A program made the position numbers and the translations under genes. The notes beneath the pieces were generated by a model, which saw only the letters and a list, made by a program, of their open reading frames with translations, was not told the origin of the DNA and searched no databases. A DNA stretch of 64,000 nt from Candidatus Poseidoniaceae archaeon (GTDB taxonomy: Archaea > Thermoplasmatota > Poseidoniia > Poseidoniales > Poseidoniaceae), in NCBI GenBank assembly GCA_965662895.1, contig CBFIJH010000008.1, positions 1 to 64,000 on the forward strand, in the 5' to 3' direction. Below are positions 9,854 to 19,244 of the stretch, piece after piece. Positions within the stretch are counted from its first letter, which is position 1. Every line of letters begins with the position of its first letter.

Positions 9854-9921
9854 TCCCGCAATGATGAGTGCTCAAAGCCGACTGCTGTTTCCGTGAAGAC
9901 TGATGGGCGAACTGAGCGGGA
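9854..9921 (+). ncRNA. Box C/D methylation-guide sRNA (putative)
   Basis: Intergenic; terminal stem TCCCGC/GCGGGA; C box ATGATGA 9861-9867; D'-like CCGA 9878-9881; C'-like GTGAAGA 9893-9899; D box CTGA 9912-9915. Confidence 0.75.
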
Positions 9922-9964
9922 CTCCTCCCTATGATTCATGTAGGACCAGTTTCGTTGGTAATGC

Positions 9965-11335
9965 ATGCAGGGGTCGGTTGCATCATCAACGTCTCACCTG
10001 CAATCGCAATCGAGTTGGAGCAGCATCGGAAGGATGCTAAGCATCGTCATTCTCTTGTGGGTTCTTGCTCAATTTGTTGTATTGATTGCAGCGGGATTCC
10101 TCGATGGCGATTTGGATGGTGACTTCGGACCGATTGATGGTGCCTTGATTATCGCAGGTTCGCTTTGTTCTGCCCCGTTGATCGTCCTGCTTTTGTTCAT
10201 GCGTCGTCCTCGACTGGAACACCTGATTATAGCTGAACCAAATGTTGAAGGACTGCACATTCATTCTCTCCCGAACTCAAAAATCCTTCAAACTCCGATT
10301 CCAACACGTATACGTCAATTCATTGTTCGTTCACGACACCCACTCACCGTACCCGTTGCAAAGCACCTATGGATGCTGTTCTTGGGAGGCGTGCTCATCT
10401 CCTCAATTGCATTTGCTCCTCTCCTGATCGACTCCTCCAATGTTGGATTTCTACTTCTCGCTCTGTTCGTGGCAATTCCGGCTTGGCTCGTAGGCTTCTC
10501 AACCCCAGTTTTTGCATGGTGGAGTTTCTCATCCTCACGGTTTCATCTATCAACCACTCGGCAACAGGGTGAAGCCATGCTTATTGCAGGGATGTTGTCG
10601 ACGTTTCCTGCCATTATCATCAATTCCTTCATCACACCAGGAGCGGTGTTGTTTCTCTCCGGTGGAAATGCGTCAGCAACCATGGTCGAAAACATCACAA
10701 TCATCGTTTCAGCACCCGTCGGAGAAGAGATTTGCAAAGCATTGGCTGTCTTCTCTCTTGCAGGACTCATTGACTCCAAGAAGCGCGGGTTTCAGGTTGG
10801 GTTCACAGTAGGCCTCGGATTTGCTCTCCTTGAAAATCTGCAATACATTCTCTTCAGTTTGTTCGCAGGTGAATTCGTCGCACTTTCCTATGGATTAACC
10901 TCCGTAGTGAGAGGCATTGGTTCCATTCCAGGACACGCTATGTGGACAGCATGCAGTGGTTATGCGATAGGAAGCATGCTTGAACAACGTAAACGAATGC
11001 CACAGATTCCAGATGTGAACCAATGGAATCTTGTGAACCCACTTGGAGGGGGGAAACCTCCATCACAAGGAGTGTTCGATCGATATTCGCAAAAGTCGAT
11101 GTTTTCAAAATCTTCTGACTTGGAACTGCCAACCTCACTACCAATCATGCTCTGCATAGCAATTTTTGGACACGCCTTCTGGAATGGGAGTTCAGTCCTG
11201 ATGGCCTACCTCTCCCAACAGGTCGATCCCGTACTCGGGCTCTTTGCTGAATTGATTTGGATTGGTATCCTAATCACGCTTCTTTGGACCGTTGGTCGTT
11301 TCGTCATTGCTGCTGCAATGGAAGAAACGATTTGA
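9965..11335 (+). CDS. PrsW-family intramembrane metalloprotease
   Basis: APVGEEICK, GLGFALLENLQY, GHAMWT, GHAFWN motifs; multi-TM. Confidence 0.88.
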   Translation: MQGSVASSTSHLQSQSSWSSIGRMLSIVILLWVLAQFVVLIAAGFLDGDLDGDFGPIDGALIIAGSLCSAPLIVLLLFMRRPRLEHLIIAEPNVEGLHIHSLPNSKILQTPIPTRIRQFIVRSRHPLTVPVAKHLWMLFLGGVLISSIAFAPLLIDSSNVGFLLLALFVAIPAWLVGFSTPVFAWWSFSSSRFHLSTTRQQGEAMLIAGMLSTFPAIIINSFITPGAVLFLSGGNASATMVENITIIVSAPVGEEICKALAVFSLAGLIDSKKRGFQVGFTVGLGFALLENLQYILFSLFAGEFVALSYGLTSVVRGIGSIPGHAMWTACSGYAIGSMLEQRKRMPQIPDVNQWNLVNPLGGGKPPSQGVFDRYSQKSMFSKSSDLELPTSLPIMLCIAIFGHAFWNGSSVLMAYLSQQVDPVLGLFAELIWIGILITLLWTVGRFVIAAAMEETI

Positions 11336-11411
11336 TTTCAAAATCCATCCTTCGCAAACGTTCGTAACGCAAAGAACAAAACCAATCACTTGGGCTTGGG
11401 GTTGAGGGCTT

Positions 11412-12176
11412 GTGATGGATTTCACCTCAGGTGGTTTCGTTTCTGGGAACATCATCGTCACGTCGTTGCTCATCATTGGCCTCGTTTCTGCCTCGTTACG
11501 AGCGCGTATTCTCGATCGAAATGGAATCATTGCTGCGGCTTTCCTCGGCTTTTTTGTTGGCATCTTAGGTCATTGGACGTGGCTGCTATTGCTTCTTTGC
11601 TTCCTGCTTAGTAGTCATCTTGCTACAAAATGGAGATTCGAAGAAAAAACAGCGCGCGGCCTCAATGAATCCTCAGACGGGCATCGAGGATGGATCAATG
11701 TGGCTGCCAACGGTGGAATGCCTGCGCTTGTTGCCTTGCTCGCATTTGTTTTGGAGGATTGGGAAAATGGATTGTGGATGTTCGCAGCAGCCGTTGCTGT
11801 TGCAACCTCAGACACGTGGGCGAGCGAGATTGGTTGCCTCGACAATCGTGTTCGAATGATTACGACGCTCAAGCCATGCGAGGCAGGAGTAAACGGAGGA
11901 TTTTCCCCCAACGGTCAAATTGCTGCAGCATTGGGAGGTATTCTCATCGGTTTGAGTGCCCTGGTTGCTGGCCTTATCATGTTCTCATTGGGATTCGTCG
12001 AAGGATTTCAGCTTGCTGCTGTTGTTGCAGGGCTTGGATTCCTCGGTTGCCAAATTGACAGCCTGCTAGGTGCACTTCTCGAAAACAGGGGATTTTTGAC
12101 GAAAGGCTCTGTAAACGCCCTCTCAATCATCGCCGGTGTAGCGATCATGTGGGTCTACTTGGGCTCACCGATGTAA
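11412..12176 (+). CDS. DUF92/TMEM19 family membrane protein
   Basis: RGWINVAANGG, DTWASEIG, GVNGGFSPNG, DSLLGALLE. Confidence 0.9.
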   Translation: MMDFTSGGFVSGNIIVTSLLIIGLVSASLRARILDRNGIIAAAFLGFFVGILGHWTWLLLLLCFLLSSHLATKWRFEEKTARGLNESSDGHRGWINVAANGGMPALVALLAFVLEDWENGLWMFAAAVAVATSDTWASEIGCLDNRVRMITTLKPCEAGVNGGFSPNGQIAAALGGILIGLSALVAGLIMFSLGFVEGFQLAAVVAGLGFLGCQIDSLLGALLENRGFLTKGSVNALSIIAGVAIMWVYLGSPM

Positions 12177-12217
12177 ATCGCCGCCGAGTTCATGAACTGG
12201 TTCACACTCAGCGTGAC

Positions 12218-14566
12218 ATGCGCCATCGCCACGTCATAGCCGTGTTGCTGATGGGGTTGTTTTTCTCCGGAATTGCCCTGACAACTGTTCAGGGAATTGA
12301 AAATGTCTCTTATGAAGCAGGTTATGTCGATTGGGAAATGGATTTCGAACAACGCCTCTATGTTGAGGGAGAGGATCCTGAAACGTCGGTACTGCAACGG
12401 GAACGTCCCGATGCTACGCTTGGATCAGTCGATGTTGCCCCGAATACTGGGCTTGTCCCTATTTTCACATTAACATCTGAACCAATTGTTAACTCAATGA
12501 TTGGAACCATCAATATGACCACATATTTCTCAGCATATCTGGCCCCTCAAGCTGGTTTTTCTCAACCTACACAATGTGTCAATCCATCGTTTCCATTTAC
12601 ACCAGGAGAAGATTCTACAACCATGGTAATGACCGTTGGCATCTCAGGTCAGCAAGTTTACGAATCGACGGTGACGCACACCCTTGACACAATTGCATCA
12701 AATAACCCGCAGAATTTTTCTGGTGAACTTGTCATGATGGACATCGATTTGCAAGCAGGTGACACGTTTTCAATTTCGTTGAGTGCAGAACATCTCTGCG
12801 AGGGAACAAATGCTCGAGTGCAATGGGGCGGATTTGAGACCAATGCTGGTGGAATTATCATGACAGGAAAAGTCTACGAGCCATCAGCAAGCATTCGCGT
12901 CGATTCATCACGTCGAGCACACATTGAATTCTTGCCAACACTTCCTTGGGGAATCGACGATGTTCTGTTTGATGGGGATGGTGAGCCAGCCGTCTCCTGG
13001 GTTCTTCGTGGACCGCTTGATGATGACGTGAAGACCAATCGAGATCGAGACATGGTCATGGAAAGTTCGGTTGGTCGTGTTCGAATGGAGCGAAGTCTCG
13101 GGGACAACCAAACTGCTTGGACATGGACCGGAGCCGAAATCCTGCAACGAGGAACGTCAAATCTCGAAATTTGTGTGAAAACAACAGGTGGGAATCCAAA
13201 TCGGGATTGCCATGCTTTTGGAATCATTCGGTTTGAAGTTGAACCCGAATCGGATGGGTTTGCTCGTTCAGGAATATGGCTTACTCTGTCAACGATTGTA
13301 TGTTTCATAGGCTTTGCAATCAAAGGATTCAATGCAGATGAACCGCTTCCACTCCCAATTCTTATCTCGCTAATTGTGATGATGTTGTTGATGCTTCCAG
13401 TTGGCTTTTCTCAATCAAATCTCGACACAGATGCACAACTTAACGACAATGCTTTGTTGGTCAATGCGGAATTAAAATCCAGTGGTGCAGAATTTACGAC
13501 GTTGTCCGATTTAATGGGTGACGCCAATGTTCTTGCCATCGGGGCAATCGCACCCGGTTCTGAATCCGCACAAGATCAGGCCAATGAACTTGAGTTGTTG
13601 CTCGGGCAACGCGACGATGTCGCCGTGGTGCAGATTGTCATTGGAGACGATTCAATGCTCAGCGATGTTGAAGCATATCGATCATCCATCAACAGCAGTT
13701 GGCCGATTGTATTGGATTACAATCAAGAATTCGTTGCAACTTCTCCCACTGGGAACGCAGATTCTCTTATTCTTGTCGACAAGAGTATGCATGTAACATG
13801 GAGTCAATCACCGACTGGTGGAGCGAAAGCCATGAACGACGCAATTGAAGGCATTCAAGGAGGTGGGCCCACGAGTTTGGGAACGTACTTCTCCGTGGTT
13901 TTCCCAACCGGCCTGTTCCTTCTTTTCCTCGCCTTACCTCGTCAAGGTTGGACAAAACCCGACGAGCCCCTCCCCCCCGGTGCGCTTTGGGCGAGCATCG
14001 TCCTCGCAGGCGGAGTGGGTGCCTTGCTTGTGCACCTCCCTCCGCTTCTTTTCAGCGTGCTCCCTCTCAGCACATCACTCATACACATTCTCTCCACAGT
14101 AATGTATCTCTGGTTCGTCTGGATGTGTGCGATGACACTTAAGCAAGGTGCGCCGTTTGAGGCAGATATTTTGGGCTCATTGATTCATGGAAGATCAACC
14201 AAATCGTTTCAAGCATGGCGACCAAAAGAAGACATGCAGCGTGATGTCTTCCTCGGCATTTTCATTGGATGGTTATCGTGGATGGCCGATCCTGGTCTCA
14301 TCGCACAAGGCGTTGGAGCGGCTATGCTCAGTGGAGGCATGAGCATCCTGTTTGGGGTTCTCCTTCTCCTTGCGAATGTGCTCATTGCAGGTATCGCAAT
14401 TCTTTTGCTTCGATTTATTGCATCATGGGGAGGACCAATCTCCAACATCTTCGGACGTGTTGGTTCAGACACATTTGCTCGTTTCATGGGACTTGTTCTT
14501 CTTCCAATCAGCCTATGGGCAACCATCAATGGTGTTTTGTCCCTGCTCTCGATAGGTGTCTTCTAG
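12218..14566 (+). CDS. Large membrane protein with extracellular domain, Cys-less redoxin-like domain and C-terminal multi-TM domain
   Basis: N-terminal signal/TM; TLSDLMG...WPIVLD...LILVDK resembles the AhpC/TlpA fold; about 6-7 C-terminal TMs; start moved to ATG 12218. Confidence 0.6.
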   Translation: MRHRHVIAVLLMGLFFSGIALTTVQGIENVSYEAGYVDWEMDFEQRLYVEGEDPETSVLQRERPDATLGSVDVAPNTGLVPIFTLTSEPIVNSMIGTINMTTYFSAYLAPQAGFSQPTQCVNPSFPFTPGEDSTTMVMTVGISGQQVYESTVTHTLDTIASNNPQNFSGELVMMDIDLQAGDTFSISLSAEHLCEGTNARVQWGGFETNAGGIIMTGKVYEPSASIRVDSSRRAHIEFLPTLPWGIDDVLFDGDGEPAVSWVLRGPLDDDVKTNRDRDMVMESSVGRVRMERSLGDNQTAWTWTGAEILQRGTSNLEICVKTTGGNPNRDCHAFGIIRFEVEPESDGFARSGIWLTLSTIVCFIGFAIKGFNADEPLPLPILISLIVMMLLMLPVGFSQSNLDTDAQLNDNALLVNAELKSSGAEFTTLSDLMGDANVLAIGAIAPGSESAQDQANELELLLGQRDDVAVVQIVIGDDSMLSDVEAYRSSINSSWPIVLDYNQEFVATSPTGNADSLILVDKSMHVTWSQSPTGGAKAMNDAIEGIQGGGPTSLGTYFSVVFPTGLFLLFLALPRQGWTKPDEPLPPGALWASIVLAGGVGALLVHLPPLLFSVLPLSTSLIHILSTVMYLWFVWMCAMTLKQGAPFEADILGSLIHGRSTKSFQAWRPKEDMQRDVFLGIFIGWLSWMADPGLIAQGVGAAMLSGGMSILFGVLLLLANVLIAGIAILLLRFIASWGGPISNIFGRVGSDTFARFMGLVLLPISLWATINGVLSLLSIGVF

Positions 14567-14583
14567 AGAATCCTTGATGAGGG

Positions 14584-15507
14584 TTGATGGAATTCACACA
14601 GGATATGTATCCTTACCTACCCACATGGTCAAACACGAGAATCAACCTCCTCCAACGTTGTCCGAGGGCGTTTGTCTTGCGTTACGGTTTAGCCAAACTC
14701 ACTGCGCACCATCCTCAAGGCAAAATGCTCGGACAAGCATTTGCAATTCAATCGCCTTGGATCATCATGCATCAAGTCGTACGTCATCTTGTCCTCGATT
14801 ATATAGAAGATTATGTCAATGGAACAATCTGGTCGCCTGATCTGATTCGAATACGCTTCAAACAGGATTACAGGAAAGCAATCCAAGCTCGAAATCAACA
14901 AATCGAACAATTTCAGCAGAACGATGTTGATCAAGCGATTTTTCAACCTGCCCAACCTGAACATCATTTGATTGAGATGGGCGTGAATTCCTGCATCAAT
15001 TTCGTCCAGAATCCAAATCTTCGCACACTTCTGGCAAACGGTTCAATTGAACGACTGGAACCAACGAATTCCATTGTCATGCAGAAGGTTCGTCTGTATT
15101 GTTCTCCTGATTTTGTTCATCATGGAACTTCTGGAAAGACCCTCATCAAATTGCACCTCTATGGGAATCTTTCTCGACTTGAACGAATTCATCAAGCATC
15201 ATTGCTTCAGCATTATGGCGATCATGATTCAACTGTGATGCAATTTTCATTGGCTCAACGGAAATGGTATGTTCATAAATCAAAACCCAATGGAATCCAA
15301 CGAAAACAGGCAATGGATATGGTCCATGAAGACGTCATGATCATGCACAATACATTTGCAAGTGTCAAGAAAAACAACGACTTGACGAAAATTCCACTCG
15401 CTGACTCTTATCGCGCTTGCATGAACTGCAATGTCCGATTCATCTGCCCAGCAAAGGATGGGTATGAGCAAGCAAAGGCTGAGCAAAGGGTATTGATGTG
15501 CCAATGA
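14584..15507 (+). CDS. PD-(D/E)XK (RecB/Cas4-like) family protein, catalytic motif degenerate
   Basis: N-terminal WSNTRINLLQRCPRAF and C-terminal CMNCNVRFICP (Fe-S staple pattern); no clear DxK motif. Confidence 0.6.
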   Translation: MMEFTQDMYPYLPTWSNTRINLLQRCPRAFVLRYGLAKLTAHHPQGKMLGQAFAIQSPWIIMHQVVRHLVLDYIEDYVNGTIWSPDLIRIRFKQDYRKAIQARNQQIEQFQQNDVDQAIFQPAQPEHHLIEMGVNSCINFVQNPNLRTLLANGSIERLEPTNSIVMQKVRLYCSPDFVHHGTSGKTLIKLHLYGNLSRLERIHQASLLQHYGDHDSTVMQFSLAQRKWYVHKSKPNGIQRKQAMDMVHEDVMIMHNTFASVKKNNDLTKIPLADSYRACMNCNVRFICPAKDGYEQAKAEQRVLMCQ

Positions 15508-15526
15508 CGGGATTTTTTGTGCTACG

Positions 15527-15534
15527 TTTATATA
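15527..15534 (+). promoter_or_regulatory. Archaeal TATA box candidate
   Basis: TTTATATA in an AT-rich intergenic gap upstream of ORF 15665. Confidence 0.5.
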
Positions 15535-15585
15535 TTCTGGATGATAAATAATAGCTACCAATGGGCGATCCTATGCAATAATCCA

Positions 15586-15655
15586 CTCTGATATCCGGTA
15601 AAAAATGGACTACCTTTGGCGGAGACGCTTGACGTCTCTGCGCCGGTATCAGGGG
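15586..15655 (+). promoter_or_regulatory. Structured 5' leader RNA (putative cis-regulator)
   Basis: Outer stem 15586-15598/15643-15654; inner hairpin GCGGAGACG-CTTGA-CGTCTCTGC 15619-15641. Confidence 0.45.
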
Positions 15656-15664
15656 TAACGTATT

Positions 15665-16063
15665 ATGAGTAGTAATAAAAACAAAGGACGCAAAACTAGG
15701 AAGAATCGTCGGAACAGACATCTCAGGTATATCAGAGTGCCAATCCTCGATAAGGAAGGCAAGAAGATCGGAGAAAGAGAAGCACAGGTTCCTTCGAGCT
15801 ACAAGGGCAAACAAGAACACACGCATCGTAAAGATGCAACAGTGATCAACAGCCCTGCGAAGGAACACACACCATGCTGTGATTCTCCTGAATCCATCGA
15901 TAAAAAAAATCAATCGATGCTCAGAGAAATTCAAACGTGGCGAGTTCAACGAGAGTGGAACAAACGCACTGGTCGATTTGAGGCTGTCATTCCAGCAGGT
16001 TTCCAAAGGAAGTATCGGAAACACATGGCGCATTTCCTCCAATTTTTGGAAACTCTAAAGTAA
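15665..16063 (+). CDS. Hypothetical basic (Lys/Arg-rich) protein
   Basis: 132-aa ORF with its own TATA candidate, SD-like AGGGGT and a downstream hairpin. Confidence 0.65.
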   Translation: MSSNKNKGRKTRKNRRNRHLRYIRVPILDKEGKKIGEREAQVPSSYKGKQEHTHRKDATVINSPAKEHTPCCDSPESIDKKNQSMLREIQTWRVQREWNKRTGRFEAVIPAGFQRKYRKHMAHFLQFLETLK

Positions 16064-16085
16064 TCCAAATTTGCAAAAAAGGCAT

Positions 16086-16107
16086 TCCGAAAGCCTTGGA
16101 TTTCGGA
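16086..16107 (+). terminator. Hairpin downstream of ORF 15665 (possible terminator/stability element)
   Basis: TCCGAAA-N8-TTTCGGA perfect 7-bp inverted repeat. Confidence 0.3.
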
Positions 16108-16163
16108 CCATTGAGCGTAAGCTATAGGCGATACTCTAAGGGCTGGTTTTGTGAGGGGGGCCC

Positions 16164-16628
16164 ATGGAAAAGGGTGTACAACGCCAATATGCTCCAACAT
16201 CCATTTGTTTTGGCTGTGGTCCCGCAAATCACAAGGGGCTACAAATTAACTCATTTCGAAAAGGAAATGGATTGGAACTCAAGTTTACACCTTCAGAGGA
16301 GCATCAAGCTTTTCCTGGAATGGTCAACGGTGGCATCATTGGCACCTTGCTTGACTGCCACGGAAATTGGGCGGCTGCGATCGCTCTCATGGATGAACAT
16401 GGACTTGATGAGCCACCGTGTACCGTCACAGCATCCTATTCTGTATCGCTTCGACGTCCGACCCCCATTGGGGAAGAATTGCACGTCGAGGCTTATCCGG
16501 AAGAGATTGGTGAAGACCGTGTACAGGTGCGAATGGAATTAAGCGCTGGTGGAAAGGTATGTGCCACCGGTAAAGGATTGTTTGTGGCTGTTAAGGAAGG
16601 CCATCCTGCTTATCATCGGTGGAATTGA
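16164..16628 (+). CDS. PaaI/hotdog-fold thioesterase
   Basis: CFGCGPAN, HQAFPGMVNGGIIGTLLDC, VTA...RRPTP. Confidence 0.88.
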   Translation: MEKGVQRQYAPTSICFGCGPANHKGLQINSFRKGNGLELKFTPSEEHQAFPGMVNGGIIGTLLDCHGNWAAAIALMDEHGLDEPPCTVTASYSVSLRRPTPIGEELHVEAYPEEIGEDRVQVRMELSAGGKVCATGKGLFVAVKEGHPAYHRWN

Positions 16629-16637
16629 GGAACAACT

Positions 16638-17180
16638 ATGGCGAAAGCTTCTCTTGAACAACAAAACATCCTATGTCGGCTGCAAGAACAGGTTCTCACT
16701 GAAATGAGCACAATGAGTATTTGGGGCGAAGAGAAGATTCGACAAATCAGTGAGATTCCGCTCGCAGTATTGAGGAAAAGCGCAACGCAACGTCACGGTG
16801 TGACACGATTTCGGCGAGGAAGCAATGCTTTCGAGTTGAACACGAAAGATGTTGAAACAATCGACCTTCACCCCGGTTTACTCAACGAGAATTGGGAGGA
16901 CTATGCGCTGTTCGTGTTGTATCATGAATATCTTCACGCGTTAGGGAACCGCTTCCACAATGCTGATTTCCGTCATTTGGAAGACCAGTGGCCATATTCA
17001 GGATCGGAACGTGGTCGAGAATTCACACAATACCTTCGTCACAAGACAGCCACATGGTTTTGGGTTTGCAGGACATGCGACAAAACGTACCCTCGGAAAC
17101 GCAAAGCAAACCGCCGCTTTCGTTGCCGAACCTGTTCGACAATACTCATCGATGTTGAGAACATGCAGGAAGCAAACTAA
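16638..17180 (+). CDS. SprT-like zinc metalloprotease with Zn ribbon (paralog of 2453-3013)
   Basis: HEYLHALG..FH motif; WVCRTC...CRTC. Confidence 0.75.
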   Translation: MAKASLEQQNILCRLQEQVLTEMSTMSIWGEEKIRQISEIPLAVLRKSATQRHGVTRFRRGSNAFELNTKDVETIDLHPGLLNENWEDYALFVLYHEYLHALGNRFHNADFRHLEDQWPYSGSERGREFTQYLRHKTATWFWVCRTCDKTYPRKRKANRRFRCRTCSTILIDVENMQEAN

Positions 17181-17216
17181 ACAAGTCATCATATCTCGGA
17201 CCAACTGGGTCAATCC

Positions 17217-19244
17217 ATGCAATCAAGACGAAGGTGCATCGTCATCCTGCTTTTGATTTGCATGATGCTTTTTCCCGTAAGTGCAAGCCTCAATGATGAT
17301 GAATCCGGAGGAACACTGTATTTTTCCTGCAATTCCGATGATGATTGTCAATTGACGCCTGTTCCAACTGGAGAGGAAGTTATCTCAGGTTCGGTACAAG
17401 CCAACCCATTGATGACAGAGTCCATTGCGATTGAATTTGTGATGATTCCTTCACAAACCGAACTCGCCGTCTTGCCGGAAACGATTGACGAATTGCTCAT
17501 CGATTTGCGGGTTCAAGGCGATGTTGTTCGCCTCTACACACCGGAAATCGAAGTGAAACTCATTATCGGAACGAGTGTTACAACACTCAATTCTGAACAA
17601 TCGGGTTTTCCATCATCGAGTGGAGAAACTGGACATCGTTGGACGGATGAACCTTTGAACCTTGATGAGGGAAGGCTTCTGTGGCCGGGTGATGTTGTCC
17701 GAGCACGTATTGTGTTCACAGTTGATCGCCCCTCAACATGGGAACTCCATCTACGAGGTGCTTCGTTTCTTGATTTGAACATCGAATGGTCGGAAAACGT
17801 TGCAGCGAAAGATGTTGACGAACCGACAAGCTCGTTGCAACCCAAATCAACGTTGCTTGAAGAAGTCCACTATGGCGCCCTTGTCGGCGATGATTCAGAT
17901 TGTTGGTCGTTCAATGTTGAAGCCAACGAAATCATGCGAATCCTTGTGCAATGGGAAGAGGTACCACTCGAACTTCAGCAAAGTAATGGTGTCCATCGAC
18001 TGCGAACATCTGGTGGCCTACAGGTCGCTGCGCCTGAAATCATCACGAAATCTGAAGGTGATGAATCAACAACGAGTTATCGGTGGAGGGCACTCGATCC
18101 TGGTGATTACGTGTTTTGCTTGAACGGTCAAGCGGACAAGTTCCAACCTTACATCTGGAGTGGCGTTTACGCAGTTGAAACTTCTGGCCCCACTTCATCA
18201 TCCGAATTTGGAGGTAAAGTCGAATATTCATCGCAGTTTTTTGATTTCTCATCGGGAGAAGAAACCGAACTTCAATCTCAAAACGGTGTCCTTATCTTTC
18301 CTGCAATTGGCATCATCCTCTTCTTCGCAGCGCAATTCTACCGAACTTCGACCTCTCAACGCTTGCGCAGGTTCGTCTTTGTGCCATCAATCGTCCTTCT
18401 GTTCTTGAGCGGGGTCGTAAGTCCACTATGGACAATGGCAGACGAGATGCAATCCGATTCAGAGTGGACTTTGGACCAGCTTTTGGAGCAACGCATCCAG
18501 CAACTCTGGGATGTTTCAAGCCCTGCAACGCCGGAAGCAACGATGATTGATCACGTTGGAGCAACCTTTGGAATTCGCGATGGAGAGACGCTGAACCTGT
18601 GGCTTGAAATTGATTCTGCATATCAGAGAGAGGATGGAAAGTGGCAACTGCAAGCCAACGGTATGGATGAGATTCAACTTGACCAACTCATTTTCAATCA
18701 AATTGCAGAAGCCGAAAATGGCCGCCTTGTGGGTGGTTTGGACGAACAAATCGTTCAATTTTCGATCGTAGCCATGCGAGCATTACTCCTTGACTTGATG
18801 ATGTTGGAAGCGCTCCTCGTTGTTGATGACAAACCTACGAACTCCATTCATCACATCAACACCGCGATGATTGATACCTCATCGTACGGTTCGATTTCCT
18901 CGCCATCTTGGGCAACTCGGCCTGCAGGTATTGATGATGGTTCTTGGCGACTGTTGCAATCGGCACTCTACCCAGAGCAGGTAACCATCACATTGTGCGA
19001 TTGCGCATTGGACCTCCTCGATTTGCAGGTTGATTATTCGACTGAATTCGATGAAAGGGATACGCCAACGTTTCCTGCTTTACGTGAAGCAACGGGAATT
19101 ATCCCAGCAGCAGGAGTTGTGTCGCTCGTCGCTTTCCTTTTCGGGACGGCAGTCGTTTTGAACGAAGAGAGCCGAAGGAGAAAGGCTCGCAAGTTGGGTG
19201 AGTCGTATGCAACAACGGGTTCAATTTGGACATCACTCTTCTGA
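17217..19244 (+). CDS. Hypothetical secreted/membrane-anchored protein
   Basis: Signal peptide, acidic beta-rich ectodomains, two internal TMs and one C-terminal TM with basic tail. Confidence 0.7.
   Translation: MQSRRRCIVILLLICMMLFPVSASLNDDESGGTLYFSCNSDDDCQLTPVPTGEEVISGSVQANPLMTESIAIEFVMIPSQTELAVLPETIDELLIDLRVQGDVVRLYTPEIEVKLIIGTSVTTLNSEQSGFPSSSGETGHRWTDEPLNLDEGRLLWPGDVVRARIVFTVDRPSTWELHLRGASFLDLNIEWSENVAAKDVDEPTSSLQPKSTLLEEVHYGALVGDDSDCWSFNVEANEIMRILVQWEEVPLELQQSNGVHRLRTSGGLQVAAPEIITKSEGDESTTSYRWRALDPGDYVFCLNGQADKFQPYIWSGVYAVETSGPTSSSEFGGKVEYSSQFFDFSSGEETELQSQNGVLIFPAIGIILFFAAQFYRTSTSQRLRRFVFVPSIVLLFLSGVVSPLWTMADEMQSDSEWTLDQLLEQRIQQLWDVSSPATPEATMIDHVGATFGIRDGETLNLWLEIDSAYQREDGKWQLQANGMDEIQLDQLIFNQIAEAENGRLVGGLDEQIVQFSIVAMRALLLDLMMLEALLVVDDKPTNSIHHINTAMIDTSSYGSISSPSWATRPAGIDDGSWRLLQSALYPEQVTITLCDCALDLLDLQVDYSTEFDERDTPTFPALREATGIIPAAGVVSLVAFLFGTAVVLNEESRRRKARKLGESYATTGSIWTSLF

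Noticed and set aside
15440-16042. 200-aa minus-strand ORF
   Set aside because: It is antisense to the better-supported plus-strand gene with TATA and SD, and has atypical composition.
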